This document shows, one piece after another, positions 1 to 12,224 of a stretch of DNA of 64,000 nucleotides. Every line of letters starts with the position of its first letter. Within the stretch, counting starts at the first letter, position 1. Source of the DNA: Eledone cirrhosa (Eukaryota); contig CAXHJY010000694.1 in assembly GCA_964016885.1 (NCBI GenBank), forward strand, positions 1 to 64,000. Reading direction: 5' to 3'. A program made the position numbers and the translations under genes. The notes under the pieces are model-generated. The model was not told the DNA's origin. It saw only the letters and a program-made list of their open reading frames with translations, and made no database searches.

Positions 1-795
1 GAGATTTTCTAATCCAAATTACTTCGACATGGGCTAAGCCAAGAAGCCAGGAATTTTTCATATACAAGTCGCCTTGACACAACCTCAGCCAGGAAGCTAG
101 GAAATTGCCATATACAAATTGTCTCGACAAAACCTCAATCAAGAAGCGAGATTTTCTAATCCAAATTACTTCGACTTGGGCTCAGCTAAGAAGCCAGGAT
201 CTTTTCATATCCAAATTGCCTTGACACAACCTCAGCCAGGAAATTTCTACATCAAAATTGTCTCGACACATCCTCGACCAAGAAGCCGGATTTTCTTATC
301 CAAATTACTTGGATAAGAAAATATTAGGCTCAACCAAGAAGCCAGGAAATGTTCATATTCAAATTGTCTCGGCACAACCTCAACTAAAAAGCCAGGAGAC
401 TTTTTATCCAAGTTACTTGGATAAGATCTTAAGCTTGACCAGGGAGCTACGAACATTTTCATATTCAAATTGTCTCAGCTGAACCTCAGCCATGAATCCA
501 GGTAATTCTCCTACCCAATTTAATTCGACATAGGCTCAGCCAGGAAACCAGGAAGATTTCATATTCAAATTGTTTCAGCACAACCTTAGCCTGGAAGACA
601 GGTGATTTTCATCTCCTAATTGTGTCGACTTAGCCACAGACGGGAAGCCAGGAAACGTTTATATCTAGGCTGTCAAGGAAATCTTGAAACATTTATATGC
701 AAATTACCTTGACTTCGACTTCAGCGATAAAGTCCGGAAACAATTATATGCAAATTACACCGAATGAGCTTCAGCAAGGAATTCAGGAAACATCT
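1..795. repeat. Degenerate ~49-bp tandem repeat with 147-bp (3-mer) higher-order period
   Basis: GAGATTTTCTAATCCAAATTACTTCGAC at 1 and 148; subunits share CAAATT..YY.GACA..ACCTCAGCCA.GAAGCCAGGA; divergence increases to the right. Confidence 0.85.
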
Positions 796-1239
796 ACATA
801 GGTTAAAGTAGCCAATATAACCTTCATAATAATTGGAACAGGGTACATATGGTCAAAGTACCCTCACTAATAAATAGGTACCTCTGGTTAATGTACCTTC
901 CTTAATACACTACTCCTTGTTAAAGTTAAAAAATTGTGTAAATAAATATATATATGTATATGCTTGTTAGTTTGTGTGTGTGTAAGTGTGTGTATGAGTG
1001 CGTGTGTGTATGAGTAGGAGAGAGTGTGTGTGTGTGTGTGTGTGTGTGGCGAACCAGTAGTAATTACTGTTGTAGGTCAACAAACGCACACAAACCACCA
1101 TTGTCCCTTACAACATTGACAAAGTCTGTTCTGCGTCTCTCCACATCTGTTACCACAAACTGGCCACCTCATACACTTCCTTCTCCTCCAACGCCATCAC
1201 TGTTACTGCCACTTTATGTATATGCGTATGTATACGTAT

Positions 1240-1388
1240 ATTAGATATGTATAATATATATATATATATATTAGATATGTATAATATAGATATATATATA
1301 TTAGATATGTATATTATATATATATATATTAGATATGTATATTATATATATATATATTAGATATGTATATTATATATATATATATTAG

Positions 1389-1430
<42 letters not shown>

Positions 1431-1546
1431 TATGTATATTATATATATATATTAGATATGTATATTATATATATATATTAGATATGTATATTATATATAT
1501 ATATATATTAGATATGTATATTATATATATATATATATTAGATATG

Positions 1547-1586
<40 letters not shown>

Positions 1587-1956
1587 TATGTATATTATAT
1601 ATATATATATTAGATATGTATATTATATATATATATATTAGATATGTATATTATATATATATATATTAGATATGTATATTATATATATATATATATTAGA
1701 TATGTATATTATATATATATATATTAGATATGTATATTATATATATATATATTAGATATGTATATTATATATATATATATTAGATATGTATATTATATAT
1801 ATATATATATTAGATATGTATATTATATATATATATATATATATAATAGATATGTATATTATATATATATATATATTAGATATGTATATTATATATATAT
1901 ATATATATATATTAGATATGTATATTATATATATATATATATATATATTAGATATG

Positions 1957-1996
<40 letters not shown>

Positions 1997-2032
1997 TATG
2001 TATATTTTATATATATATATATATTAGATATG

Positions 2033-2064
<32 letters not shown>

Positions 2065-2072
2065 TAGATATG

Positions 2073-2112
<40 letters not shown>

Positions 2113-2116
2113 TATG

Positions 2117-2180
<64 letters not shown>

Positions 2181-2184
2181 TATG

Positions 2185-2222
<38 letters not shown>

Positions 2223-2226
2223 TATG

Positions 2227-2264
<38 letters not shown>

Positions 2265-2328
2265 TATGTATATTTTATATATATATTAGATATGTATATT
2301 TTATATATATATATATATATTAGATATG

Positions 2329-2366
<38 letters not shown>

Positions 2367-2438
2367 TATGTATATTTTATATATATATATATTAGATATG
2401 TATATTTTATATATATATATATATATATATTAGATATG

Positions 2439-2470
<32 letters not shown>

Positions 2471-2478
2471 TAGATATG

Positions 2479-2518
<40 letters not shown>

Positions 2519-2662
2519 TATGTATATTATATATATATATATTAGATATGTATATTATATATATATATATTAGATATGTATATTATATATATATATATTA
2601 GATATGTATATTATATATATATATATTAGATATGTATATTATATATATATATATTAGATATG

Positions 2663-2694
<32 letters not shown>

Positions 2695-2830
2695 TAGATA
2701 TGTATATTTTATATATATATATTAGATATGTATATTATATATATATTAGATATGTATATTATATATATATTAGATATGTATATTTTATATATATATATTA
2801 GATATGTATATTATATATATATTAGATATG

Positions 2831-2868
<38 letters not shown>

Positions 2869-2978
2869 TAGATATGTATATTATATATATATTAGATATG
2901 TATATTAGATATGTATATATATATATATATATATTAGATATGTATATTATATATATATATATGTATATTAGATATGTA

Positions 2979-3018
<40 letters not shown>

Positions 3019-3712
3019 TAGATATGTATATATATATATATATGTATATTAGATATGTATATTATATATATATATATGTATATTAGATATGTATATTATC
3101 TAATATACATATATATATATATAATATACATATCTAATATACATATATATATATATAATATACATATCTAATATACATATATATATATATATGTATATTA
3201 TATATATATATATATGTATATTAGATATGTATATTATATATATATATATGTATATTATATATATATATGTATATTATATATATATATATATGTATATTAG
3301 ATATGTATATTATATATATATATATGTATATTATATATATATGTATATTATATATATATATATATATGTATATTAGATATGTATATTATATATATATATA
3401 TATGTATATTAGATATGTATATTATATATATATATATATATGTATATTATATATATATATTATATATATATATATATGTATATTATATATATATATATAT
3501 GTATATTAGATATGTATATTATATATATATATATATGTATATTAGATATGTATATTATATATATATATATGTATATTATATATATATATATATGTATATT
3601 ATATATATATATATATATGTATATTAGATATGTATATTATATATATATATATGTATATTATATATGTATATTATATATATATATATATATTAGATATGTT
3701 ATATATGTATAA

Positions 3713-3770
<58 letters not shown>
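1240..3770. repeat. Compound minisatellite TTAGATATGTATATT + variable (TA)n
   Basis: Dozens of copies of the constant motif separated by TA runs of variable length. Confidence 0.95.
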
Positions 3771-3774
<4 letters not shown>

Positions 3775-3879
3775 GTAGTAACAGTTAAGGTGGTGGAGGA
3801 AATGTATGTAGATAATTTTAAAGCAAAATATTTGAGAGCACACGTGATTGTATGATAAACAAGAGGGAATGTTCTTTGT

Positions 3880-4520
3880 TGGTGATGTTAGTGGTGGTGT
3901 TGGGGTGGTGTTGGGGTGGTGTTGGGGGGGGGGGGTGATGGTGGGAGTGGCGGGGGGGGGGGTGTTGTTAGTGTTCATGTCGTTGGTGGTTGTGTTGGGG
4001 TGGTGTTGGGGGTGATGGTGGGAGTGGTGTTGGTGTTGGTGGTATTGGTGGGGGCGGGGTGGTGTGATAGTCTTGTTAGTGTTCATGTCGTTGGTGGTGG
4101 TGTTGGCATTTGTGGTGTTTTCCTGGTGGTGGTTGTTGATGTTTGCGAAGATGGAGAAGATGAAGGCGAAGAAGATGAAGAAGGCGAAATGGGGAAGAAG
4201 GCGACGATGATGATGGCGAAGATGGCGATGAAAACGATGGCGAAGACGATGGCGAAGAAGATGGCGAAGAAGATGGCGAAGACGATGGCGAAGACGATGG
4301 CGAAGACGATGGCGAAGACGATGGCGAAGACGATGGCGACGTTGGCGATGACGACGTTGGCGATGACGACGTTGGCGATGATGACGACGTTGGCGATGAT
4401 GACGACGTTGGCGATGATGACGAAGTTGGCGATGATGACGAAGTTGGCGATGATGACGAAGTTGGCGATGACGACGACGGCGAAGAAGATGGCGGTGACG
4501 AAGAAGACGAAGATAGATGA
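3880..4520. repeat. GGT-rich tract followed by 12/15/18-bp GATGGCGAAGAC-type repeats
   Basis: Direct inspection; explains the low-complexity ORFs at 3916-4599 and overlapping frames. Confidence 0.9.
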
Positions 4521-6473
4521 CAGAAGGAATGCCTGCTGTTTAGTCGCCAATCTCCGTGACAAATGTTTGCCACAATACATCAAAGAAAATGACCAGTGAA
4601 GTTAGTCACGTGTTGTGTGTGTGTGGATTGTGTCGTCTGCTCATAGACTAAACTTACTACTTATTAGCTAACCACCACAACCACAAACACATCGTTAGGT
4701 TCTTCGTTTATGTGTGTATACGTGTGTGTATACGTGTGTGTATACGTGTGTATCTCTTTCTCGCTATGTGTGTGTGTGTGTGTGTGTATATATACGTGTA
4801 TATACATATAATATATACATATATATATATAAACTATATATATGAATACATATATAAATTATATGAATACATACATATATAAATTATATATATATATATA
4901 CATATATAAACTATATATATATATATATATACTTATATAAACTATATTTATACATACATACATAAACTATATCAATCGATCTATTTATATATATATATAT
5001 ATACATACATACATTGATACACATACACATACACGTAGACACATACACGTAGACACATACACGTAGACACATACACACATAGACACACACACACACATAG
5101 ACACACACACACACATAGACACACATAGACACAGACACACATAGACACACACATACACAAGTATATTAGATAAGCTTTAATATACAAATAATGCTGGTTG
5201 ACTCTCAATAATGTTACAATAATTGCAACTAATGGCAGTTCACCAATGATGAGTGTATATATTCTTCAAAGTCGATCGTTCGGAAATGTGGTGTATATCT
5301 TTTATGAATTTATTTATTTTTGTTTTTTATTCTAACCAAAGGAAACATAAGGCATCCATGCACCCCACCCCACTGCCAGCTCAACCTCCGCATCATTTCA
5401 CTCACTACACCGACTAAAACACCACCAGTCTATTATATGGTTGGTGGTGGTGTTTCTTAAACTTTATATCTTTAATTGTCTTTACTTAATGAGATAAACG
5501 TGTGTGTTATGACTGACTTTTTATACTAAAGTCAAATACTGAAAACGAAATAGAACTGAAAAAAAATTATATATATATATAAATATTTATAAAATAAAAA
5601 TTAAAAAAACTGAAAAATAAAAATTAAAAAGAACTTTTTAAAAAAATGAAAAAGAAAATGAAAAAAATTTTTTTTTTTTTTAAATAAAAACTTTACAAAA
5701 AAAAACTTTAAAAAAATGACAAAAATACGTGGCTTGCAAAATAAATTCTAGAACAGAAGTTTAATTTTTTTCTGACGTGCTTCAATATTTTGAACTCAAA
5801 TATAACATATATATGTGGGTGTTTATGTCTGTATGTATGCACATCTATGTCTCTGTGGGTGCGTGTCAGCGTGTGTCGATGTCACCAGGTCTTATTGGTC
5901 CTTTTTGTAATGTATTCTATGGTTTAAATGTCGTACATCTATTTCTACACACGTAAATAAGTTTTTCTTTTCGATTTTTTTTAAAATTAATGTTTTAAAA
6001 TATTATTGGCAATATTTAAATATCACTCGTGACGAACGCGTTTTCCCTCCTCTTCTTTTGTTAAGTTACTTATTTTATCGGGATACATATAATCTTCTGT
6101 CACGCGACTCTTCTCGCGTTATTTCGTTTTGGTGTCAATCACGCCATTTTTTTTCGTGCGAGTTAGAACCAGCCAAAATCGTCTTCTCTCTGACCGTCGC
6201 GTTCTCAGTATGTCTCTTTCTGTGTACCTTTTGTCTCCAGATCTTACTGACTCTCTTCGTAATGTTTTGTATGATTTAAATGTCGTACATCTATTTCTAC
6301 CGAGGTAAGTTTCGTCCTTTATTGTTTTAATTGTTCGTCCTAATATTTCAAGAACAGATTTGACTATTTTGTCAGACACTGTGACCGCGGATGGACCAGC
6401 AGTTCCAACACTAGGGGTCAAAAGTGCATACTTCTATTTTGGCAGCCAATAACCATGAAGTTGTTTTTCTTCC

Positions 6474-6602
6474 GAGATTAGCTTTAACTTTCATCCTTCC
6501 GGGGTCGATTAAATAAAGCATCAGTAATACACTGGAGTCGATTTAATCGATTTTCCCCTTCCCTCAGAATTGTTGGCCTTGTGACTATATAAGAAACCAT
6601 TG
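6474..6602 (+). mobile_element. SINE family A, 3' fragment
   Basis: CTTTCATCCTTCCGGGGTCGAT..GTCGATTTAATCGA..TTGGCCTTGTG matches other copies in the window. Confidence 0.85.
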
Positions 6603-6640
6603 TTCCCCTCTCTCTTTTTTGTTAAGTAGGTGTGTGTGTG

Positions 6641-6684
<44 letters not shown>

Positions 6685-6783
6685 TATATAGTGATTCACT
6701 AGATTTGTGGTTTATTGACGTATTTAGCAATGTTAGCATTCTATGTTATAGCAAATGTATATATCAAGAACAAAATGAGGCTT

Positions 6784-6929
6784 CACATTCAGGTTTTTAT
6801 TGATTAGGTTCAATTGCGAACGTTTCACAGATGTGTCTTCGGGTCGGGTCTCTGACACTGATATGGATACCGAGCCACCGATCTGGGAAAAGTTCGCAAC
6901 TGAGCCTAAGCAATAAAAACTTCAATGCG
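6784..6929. mobile_element. Palindromic element, Penelope pLTR-like remnant
   Basis: ~50-65-bp arms, about 80% complementary; read outward the left arm gives ATCTGTGAAACGTTCG...AATAAA and the right arm a diverged version; related to 39058-39188. Confidence 0.6.
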
Positions 6930-6962
6930 TAACATTGTCTACTTCTTTATATATATATAATG

Positions 6963-7061
6963 TACAGGGTGTCCCAAATAATATATACACACTTCAATAG
7001 CATTGTAATAAATATTGCCTGTACAGATAATCAAAGTGTGTATACATTTTTTGGGTACCCT
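6963..7061. mobile_element. Tc1/mariner-type MITE (~100 bp)
   Basis: TA-CAGGGTGTCCC ... GGGTACCC terminal inverted repeats; sibling copies at ~9723, ~18514, ~46157. Confidence 0.75.
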
Positions 7062-7069
7062 CTCTCTCT

Positions 7070-7105
<36 letters not shown>

Positions 7106-7110
<5 letters not shown>

Positions 7111-7928
7111 TAAATTAGCGAGAATCGTATTTCGGCTTTGGAAATTAGCGAAAAACAACTTCCGAGATGTGTGGCAAGCGCTCAATAATTCTAACGAACT
7201 AGAGCTACAACATACGTTAAAAGGCCAAACACACTGAGACGATGGTTAAACCATTATCCGCACAGCCATAGAAACGACCAAGTAATTCGGGTCAAACAAA
7301 TAAAAAAAATATGATTGAAAAATGTACCCGGACTCCTGGATGGTTGGTAAAAAATCCAGCATTTGAGTTTCTGCGACTCCTAAATCAAGTACTGTCCGCT
7401 TAGACAAATAATGTTAGGTTTCTGGTAAGATGATTGAACAAGAAAGTCACTTTCTCAACAAGCTTTTAGTTCAAGTGCCAGGCCAAGGATTGACCGTTAC
7501 CAATACCCACGTGGGGCTCGACAAGGGAGGCAACCTTTATTTTTGGCAGATGAATTCAGTATGTGTATATTATTGCAAAATATCACAAAACGAATTAAGT
7601 TCTCAACAGAATGGTTTTAAAGTTAACAAAAGCGATTCATCAGTCAATAGAATCAACAAAAAAAAATCAAGAAAATTAACTGGTCAATAACTAGACTCTG
7701 GAGATTAATACAAATATAAACTAGCGAGAATCGTATTTCGGATTTGGAAATTAGCGAAAAACAACTTCCGAGATGTGTGGCAAGCGCTCAATAGATTCTA
7801 ACGAACCAGAGCTACAACATACGTTAAAAGCCCAAACACACTGAGACGATGGTTAAACCATTATCCGCACACCCATAGAAACGACCAAGTAATTCGGGTC
7901 AAACAAATAAAAAAAATATGATTGAAAA
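7106..7928. mobile_element. Non-autonomous element with ~216-bp direct terminal repeats, flanked by (TA)n
   Basis: 7106-7321 and 7712-7928 nearly identical (~6 differences), period 606 bp. Confidence 0.7.
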
Positions 7929-8285
7929 TATATATATATAATAAAATATCCAGCGAATTCAATTTTTTCTTTCCATTCTTTCTGAGATGATGAATTAGCG
8001 GAACTTTGAGACCGCCGGACGGGGGTGCTTTGTATTTCTCCCAGCCATTTAGTATCTGTAGACTTAATCCATGGTTTAACACCCCCATCAGCACCACCTG
8101 GCCCTTGGATGTCAAAGGGCAAGCATTTAGTTCAGGTCTCCTGTTGAGAGCAACGTAGATGTCTAGTTTTATGAAGCTGATAGTATGGAGTTGCATAACT
8201 GCCATCGATTAGTCGGTACACCAATTATTTTGCTCTCTGAAACGATCATAAAACAGCGGATTAATTAACAATTTAACTTATTTCA

Positions 8286-8324
<39 letters not shown>

Positions 8325-8356
8325 TAAATATATATGTATGTGTGTGTGGGGGAGGG

Positions 8357-8389
<33 letters not shown>

Positions 8390-8391
<2 letters not shown>

Positions 8392-8529
8392 TAGGAATGA
8401 AGTATGAAAATATCAGTTTATTCACGTGTGACGCGCGTTTCGCGATTGATCAGCTCAAGGTACAATCATTCGTGAAACGTGCGTCACACGAGAATAAACA
8501 TAATGATATTTTGATACCTCGTTTCTACT
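8390..8529. mobile_element. Palindromic element with outward GAAACG(C/T)GCGTC...AATAAA arms
   Basis: GTTTATTCACGTGTGACGCGCGTTTCGCGA / TCGTGAAACGTGCGTCACACGAGAATAAAC, with arms extending to ~60 bp; directly after (TA)n. Confidence 0.65.
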
Positions 8530-8530
8530 C

Positions 8531-8826
8531 ATAATAATTGTTTCTACTTTTGGCACAAGGCCAGCAATCACCCAGTACATTACTGGTACTTTATTTTATC
8601 GACCCCAGAAGGTTGAAAGGCAAAGTTAACCTCGGTGGGATTTGAACTCAGTCCGTAAAGGGACGTAACTCTGTGTTGCAAAGCATGGCGTCCGACCCTC
8701 TACCGATACTGCCAATCCACCACCCTACTCATTATAATAACTTTCTACTTTTGGCACAAGGCCAGCAATTACCCAGTGCATTACTGGTACTTTATTTTAT
8801 CGACCCCGTAAGGATGAAAGGCAAAA
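8531..8826 (-). mobile_element. SINE family A, one full and one partial copy
   Basis: Reverse complement of consensus with A box TGGCAGTATCGG and B box GAGTTCAAATCC. Confidence 0.9.
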
Positions 8827-9622
8827 GGGCGGTGGATTGGCAGAATCAGCATTTATTCCGGCTCATTACGTTCTGAGTTCAAATCCCGCCGAGGTCTACT
8901 GTGCCTTTCAACTTTTCGGGGGTCGATAAAATAAAGTACTATTCACACACTTACGGGATCGATAAAGTAAAGTACCAGTCACGTACTCAGAATCACTCAG
9001 AAGCTCCCGCGTCTTGCGACGCATGAGGCAATCATAGTGTTCCATCGCGTTATGTCAGCAGCCAGTTGCACCGCGTCCCGCCATTGTCTGTTTGTCGCTC
9101 GCAGGTCCCTCTCACCTGTCTGGCGCCAGTTCATATTGGGTCGCCCTCTCCGTCTGCTTCCCTGCGGGCTCCATTTAAGTACTTGGTTCGCCAGTCTCTC
9201 CGGGGGAAGTCTCAAAGTGTGTCCAAACCAGCCCAGGCGTCGCTTGCAGATGGTAGAAGTGACTAGCTGCTGGTTGGTGCGGTTCCTGACTTCCTGGTTT
9301 GTTACATGGTCACTCCATTTAATCCCCAGGATCTTTCGTACTGAGGTCGATTTAATCGACGTCCCCCCCCCCCCCCCCCAAAAAAAAAAATTGCTAGCTT
9401 TGTGCCTATATAAGCAACAATTATTACTTGGTGGATTGGCAGTATCGGTGGAGGGTCGGACGCCATGCTTTCCAGCATAGTTACGTCCCTTTACGATCTG
9501 AGTTCAAATCCCGCTGAGGTTGACTTTGCCTTTCATCCTGACGGGGTCGATAAAATAAAGTACCAGTAATGCACTGGGTAATTGCTGGCCTTGTACCTAA
9601 AGTAGAAACAATTACTTATTAT
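8827..9622 (+). mobile_element. Two tandem SINE family A copies, the first interrupted by an RTE fragment
   Basis: GGCGGTGGATTGGCAG head, GAGTTCAAATCCCGCC B box, GCCTTTCATCC..GGGGTCGATAAAATAAAGTACCAG central domain, ATT tail. Confidence 0.9.
8988..9336 (-). mobile_element. 5'-truncated RTE-clade LINE (ORF2 C-terminus)
   Basis: Translates RKILGIKWSDHVTNQEVRNRTNQ...KRRLGWFGHTLRLPPERLANQVLKWSPQGSRRRGRP..W, the typical RTE C-terminus; candidate TSD CGTACT at 8982-8987 and 9337-9342. Confidence 0.9.
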
Positions 9623-9722
9623 TGATACCGACAATGGCGTATCACTAAATGTTAAATACCACATCAGCAACTGGACCCACTTAACCATTGAGTGCGCAAA
9701 CTGGTGAACCAATAGTAACTTA

Positions 9723-9804
9723 TACTGGGTGTCCCCCAAAAATATATACACATATTTATTAGAATGCTGTTGAAGTGTGTATACATATTTTTGGGACATC
9801 CTGT
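9723..9804. mobile_element. Tc1/mariner-type MITE copy
   Basis: TACTGGGTGTCCC ... GGGACATCCTG. Confidence 0.7.
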
Positions 9805-9934
9805 GTGTGTGGGGGGGTGGGGGGTTATTGTGCAACTATCGTTGGTACATGCGCAACACTCATAAACATCCACACTACCACCTCACCCTCTCCACCACCA
9901 CCACCACCACCATAACGCCACCGGCAAACAATAA

Positions 9935-10070
9935 CTCTCCCTCCCTCTCTTTATTTCATTCTCCCCCCCTCCCTTTATTTCACCCCCCCCCTCTTTATTT
10001 CATCCCCCATTCTCCCCCCTCTTTATTTCATTCTCTCTCCCCCTCTTTCTCTCTCTCTCACTCTCTCTTT

Positions 10071-10127
<57 letters not shown>

Positions 10128-10420
10128 TCTCTCCCTCTCTCTCTTGTCTCTCTCTCTCTCTCTCTTGTCTCTCTCTCTCTCTCTTGTCTCTCTCTCTCTC
10201 TCTCTCTCGTCTCTCTCTCTCTCTCTCTCGTCTCTCTCTCTCTCTCTTGTCTCTCTCTCTCTCTCTTGTCTCTCTCTCTCTCTCTTGTCTCTCTCTCTCT
10301 CTCTTGTCTCTCTCTCTTGTCTCTCTCTCTTGTCTCTCTCTCTTGTCTCTCTCTCTTGTCTCTCTCTCTTTCTCTCTTTCCGTCCCCTTTCTCACTCTCT
10401 CTTTCTCTCACTCCACTCTC
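9935..10420. repeat. (CT)n / CTCTTGT polypyrimidine tract
   Basis: Direct inspection. Confidence 0.95.
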
Positions 10421-10667
10421 TACGTCTGGCTGTGTGTCAGTCAATACAACCAGTCACCCGCCCATCCGCTTGTCCACACGACAACCCGCCTTCTACTTCC
10501 TGTAATACCATCTGGTATCCGACTTCAAGACAATAGTACAGCTAGTGCTGGCCAAGCCGATATTACCGCCATTGTTATTGTTGTTTTGTTTCTTAACTCA
10601 GTCGAATCTGATTCCTACCATGGCCACCACTTCTCGGTTTTCATTGGCCAGTGAATCCTTCCAATAT

Positions 10668-11662
10668 ACACACACAGACATACACACACAGACATACACA
10701 CACAGACAGACACACACAGACAGACACACACAGACAGACACACACAGACAGACACAGACAGACAGACACACACAGACAGACACACACAGACAGACACACA
10801 CAGACAGACACACACAGACAGACACACACAGACAGACACACACAGACAGACACACACAGACAGACACACACAGACAGACACACACAGACAGGCACACACA
10901 GACAGGCACACACAGACAGGCACACACAGACAGGCACAGACAGACAGGCACAGACAGACAGGCACAGACAGACAGGCACAGACAGACAGGCACAGACAGA
11001 CAGGCACAGACAGACAGGCACAGACAGACAGGCACAGACAGACAGGCACAGACAGACAGGCACAGACAGACAGGCACAGACAGACAGGCACAGACAGACA
11101 GGCACAGACAGACAGGCACAGACAGACAGGCACAGACAGACAGGCACAGACAGACAGGCACAGACAGACAGGCACAGACAGACAGGCACAGACAGACAGA
11201 CACAGACAGACAGACACAGGCACACACAGACACAGACAGACACAGACACAGGCACACACAGACACACACACAGACACACACACACAGACACACACACACA
11301 GACACACACACACAGACACACACACACAGACACACACACACAGACACACACACACAGACACATACACACACAGACACATACACACACAGACACATACACA
11401 CACAGACACATACACACACAGACACATACACACACAGACACACACACACACAGACACACACACACACAGACACACACACACAGACACAGACACACACACA
11501 CACACAGACACACAGACACAGACACAGACACACACACACACACAGACACACACACACAGACACACACACACACACAGACACACACACACACAGACACACA
11601 CACACACAGACACACACACACACAGACACACACACAGACACATACACACACAGACACACAGA
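10668..11662. repeat. (CA)/(CAGA)/CAGGCACAGACAGA compound repeat
   Basis: Direct inspection; source of the 340-380 aa spurious ORFs. Confidence 0.95.
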
Positions 11663-11862
11663 GAGATAGTGTGTGTGTGGTGAAAAAATGGAAGGATATA
11701 TCCGCAGTTGGTAGAGTACTCGGTGGAAAGGACGAGGTATAGTTAATTCCATGACAATTACTTAATCATACATACATTTACCAACACCCCACTCTCCAGA
11801 GCGTGAAATTAATAAACATTCGTTGTACTGCCTCTCTGTTTTGTCCCTGTTCAAATTTTTCC

Positions 11863-11901
<39 letters not shown>

Positions 11902-11954
11902 GAGAATGAGAAAATGCGAAGTAGTTTGAGATGTTAAAGTTCTTTATTGATAAT

Positions 11955-12029
11955 GCTGTGATACATATTTCAATGACGACAGTGGCCACACGATTCCGTA
12001 TACCCAGTGCCGTGACATCATCAGACAGC
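11955..12029 (-). ncRNA. Minimal type-I hammerhead ribozyme motif (left arm)
   Basis: Minus strand: GCTGT-CTGATGA-long stem II-GAAA-T-ATGT-A-TC-ACAGC, then AATAAA. Confidence 0.65.
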
Positions 12030-12149
12030 TTCTTATATAATAAGGTTACGTGCCCGTGGGAACGGACAGGCGATTCAAGAACACGCGCCTTGTCCGTTCC
12101 CTTGTCGTTTCTGTTTGGATTGCCTCGGGAACGTAACCTTATTATATAA

Positions 12150-12224
12150 GCTGTCTGATGATGTCACGGCACTGGGTACACGGAATCGTGTGGCCACTGT
12201 CGTCATTGAAATGTGTATCACAGC
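12150..12224 (+). ncRNA. Minimal type-I hammerhead ribozyme motif (right arm)
   Basis: Stem I GCTGT/ACAGC, core CTGATGA (12155-61) and GAAA (12208-11), AUC triplet ending 12219, hairpin stem II with an imperfect base; AATAAA at 12231. Confidence 0.65.

Noticed and set aside
1240-3710. CRISPR-like array or YI-rich ORFs
   Set aside because: Compound microsatellite; the ORFs are translation artefacts.
3916-4599. 227-aa ORF with MAKT repeats
   Set aside because: Low-complexity repeats open in multiple frames.
5923-6300. 26-bp direct repeat TTTAAATGTCGTACATCTATTTCTAC at ~5923 and ~6274
   Set aside because: Real, but probably an old local duplication; no element hallmarks could be assigned.
10545-11752. 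340-384 aa ORFs
   Set aside because: CA/CAGA repeats lack stop codons by composition.
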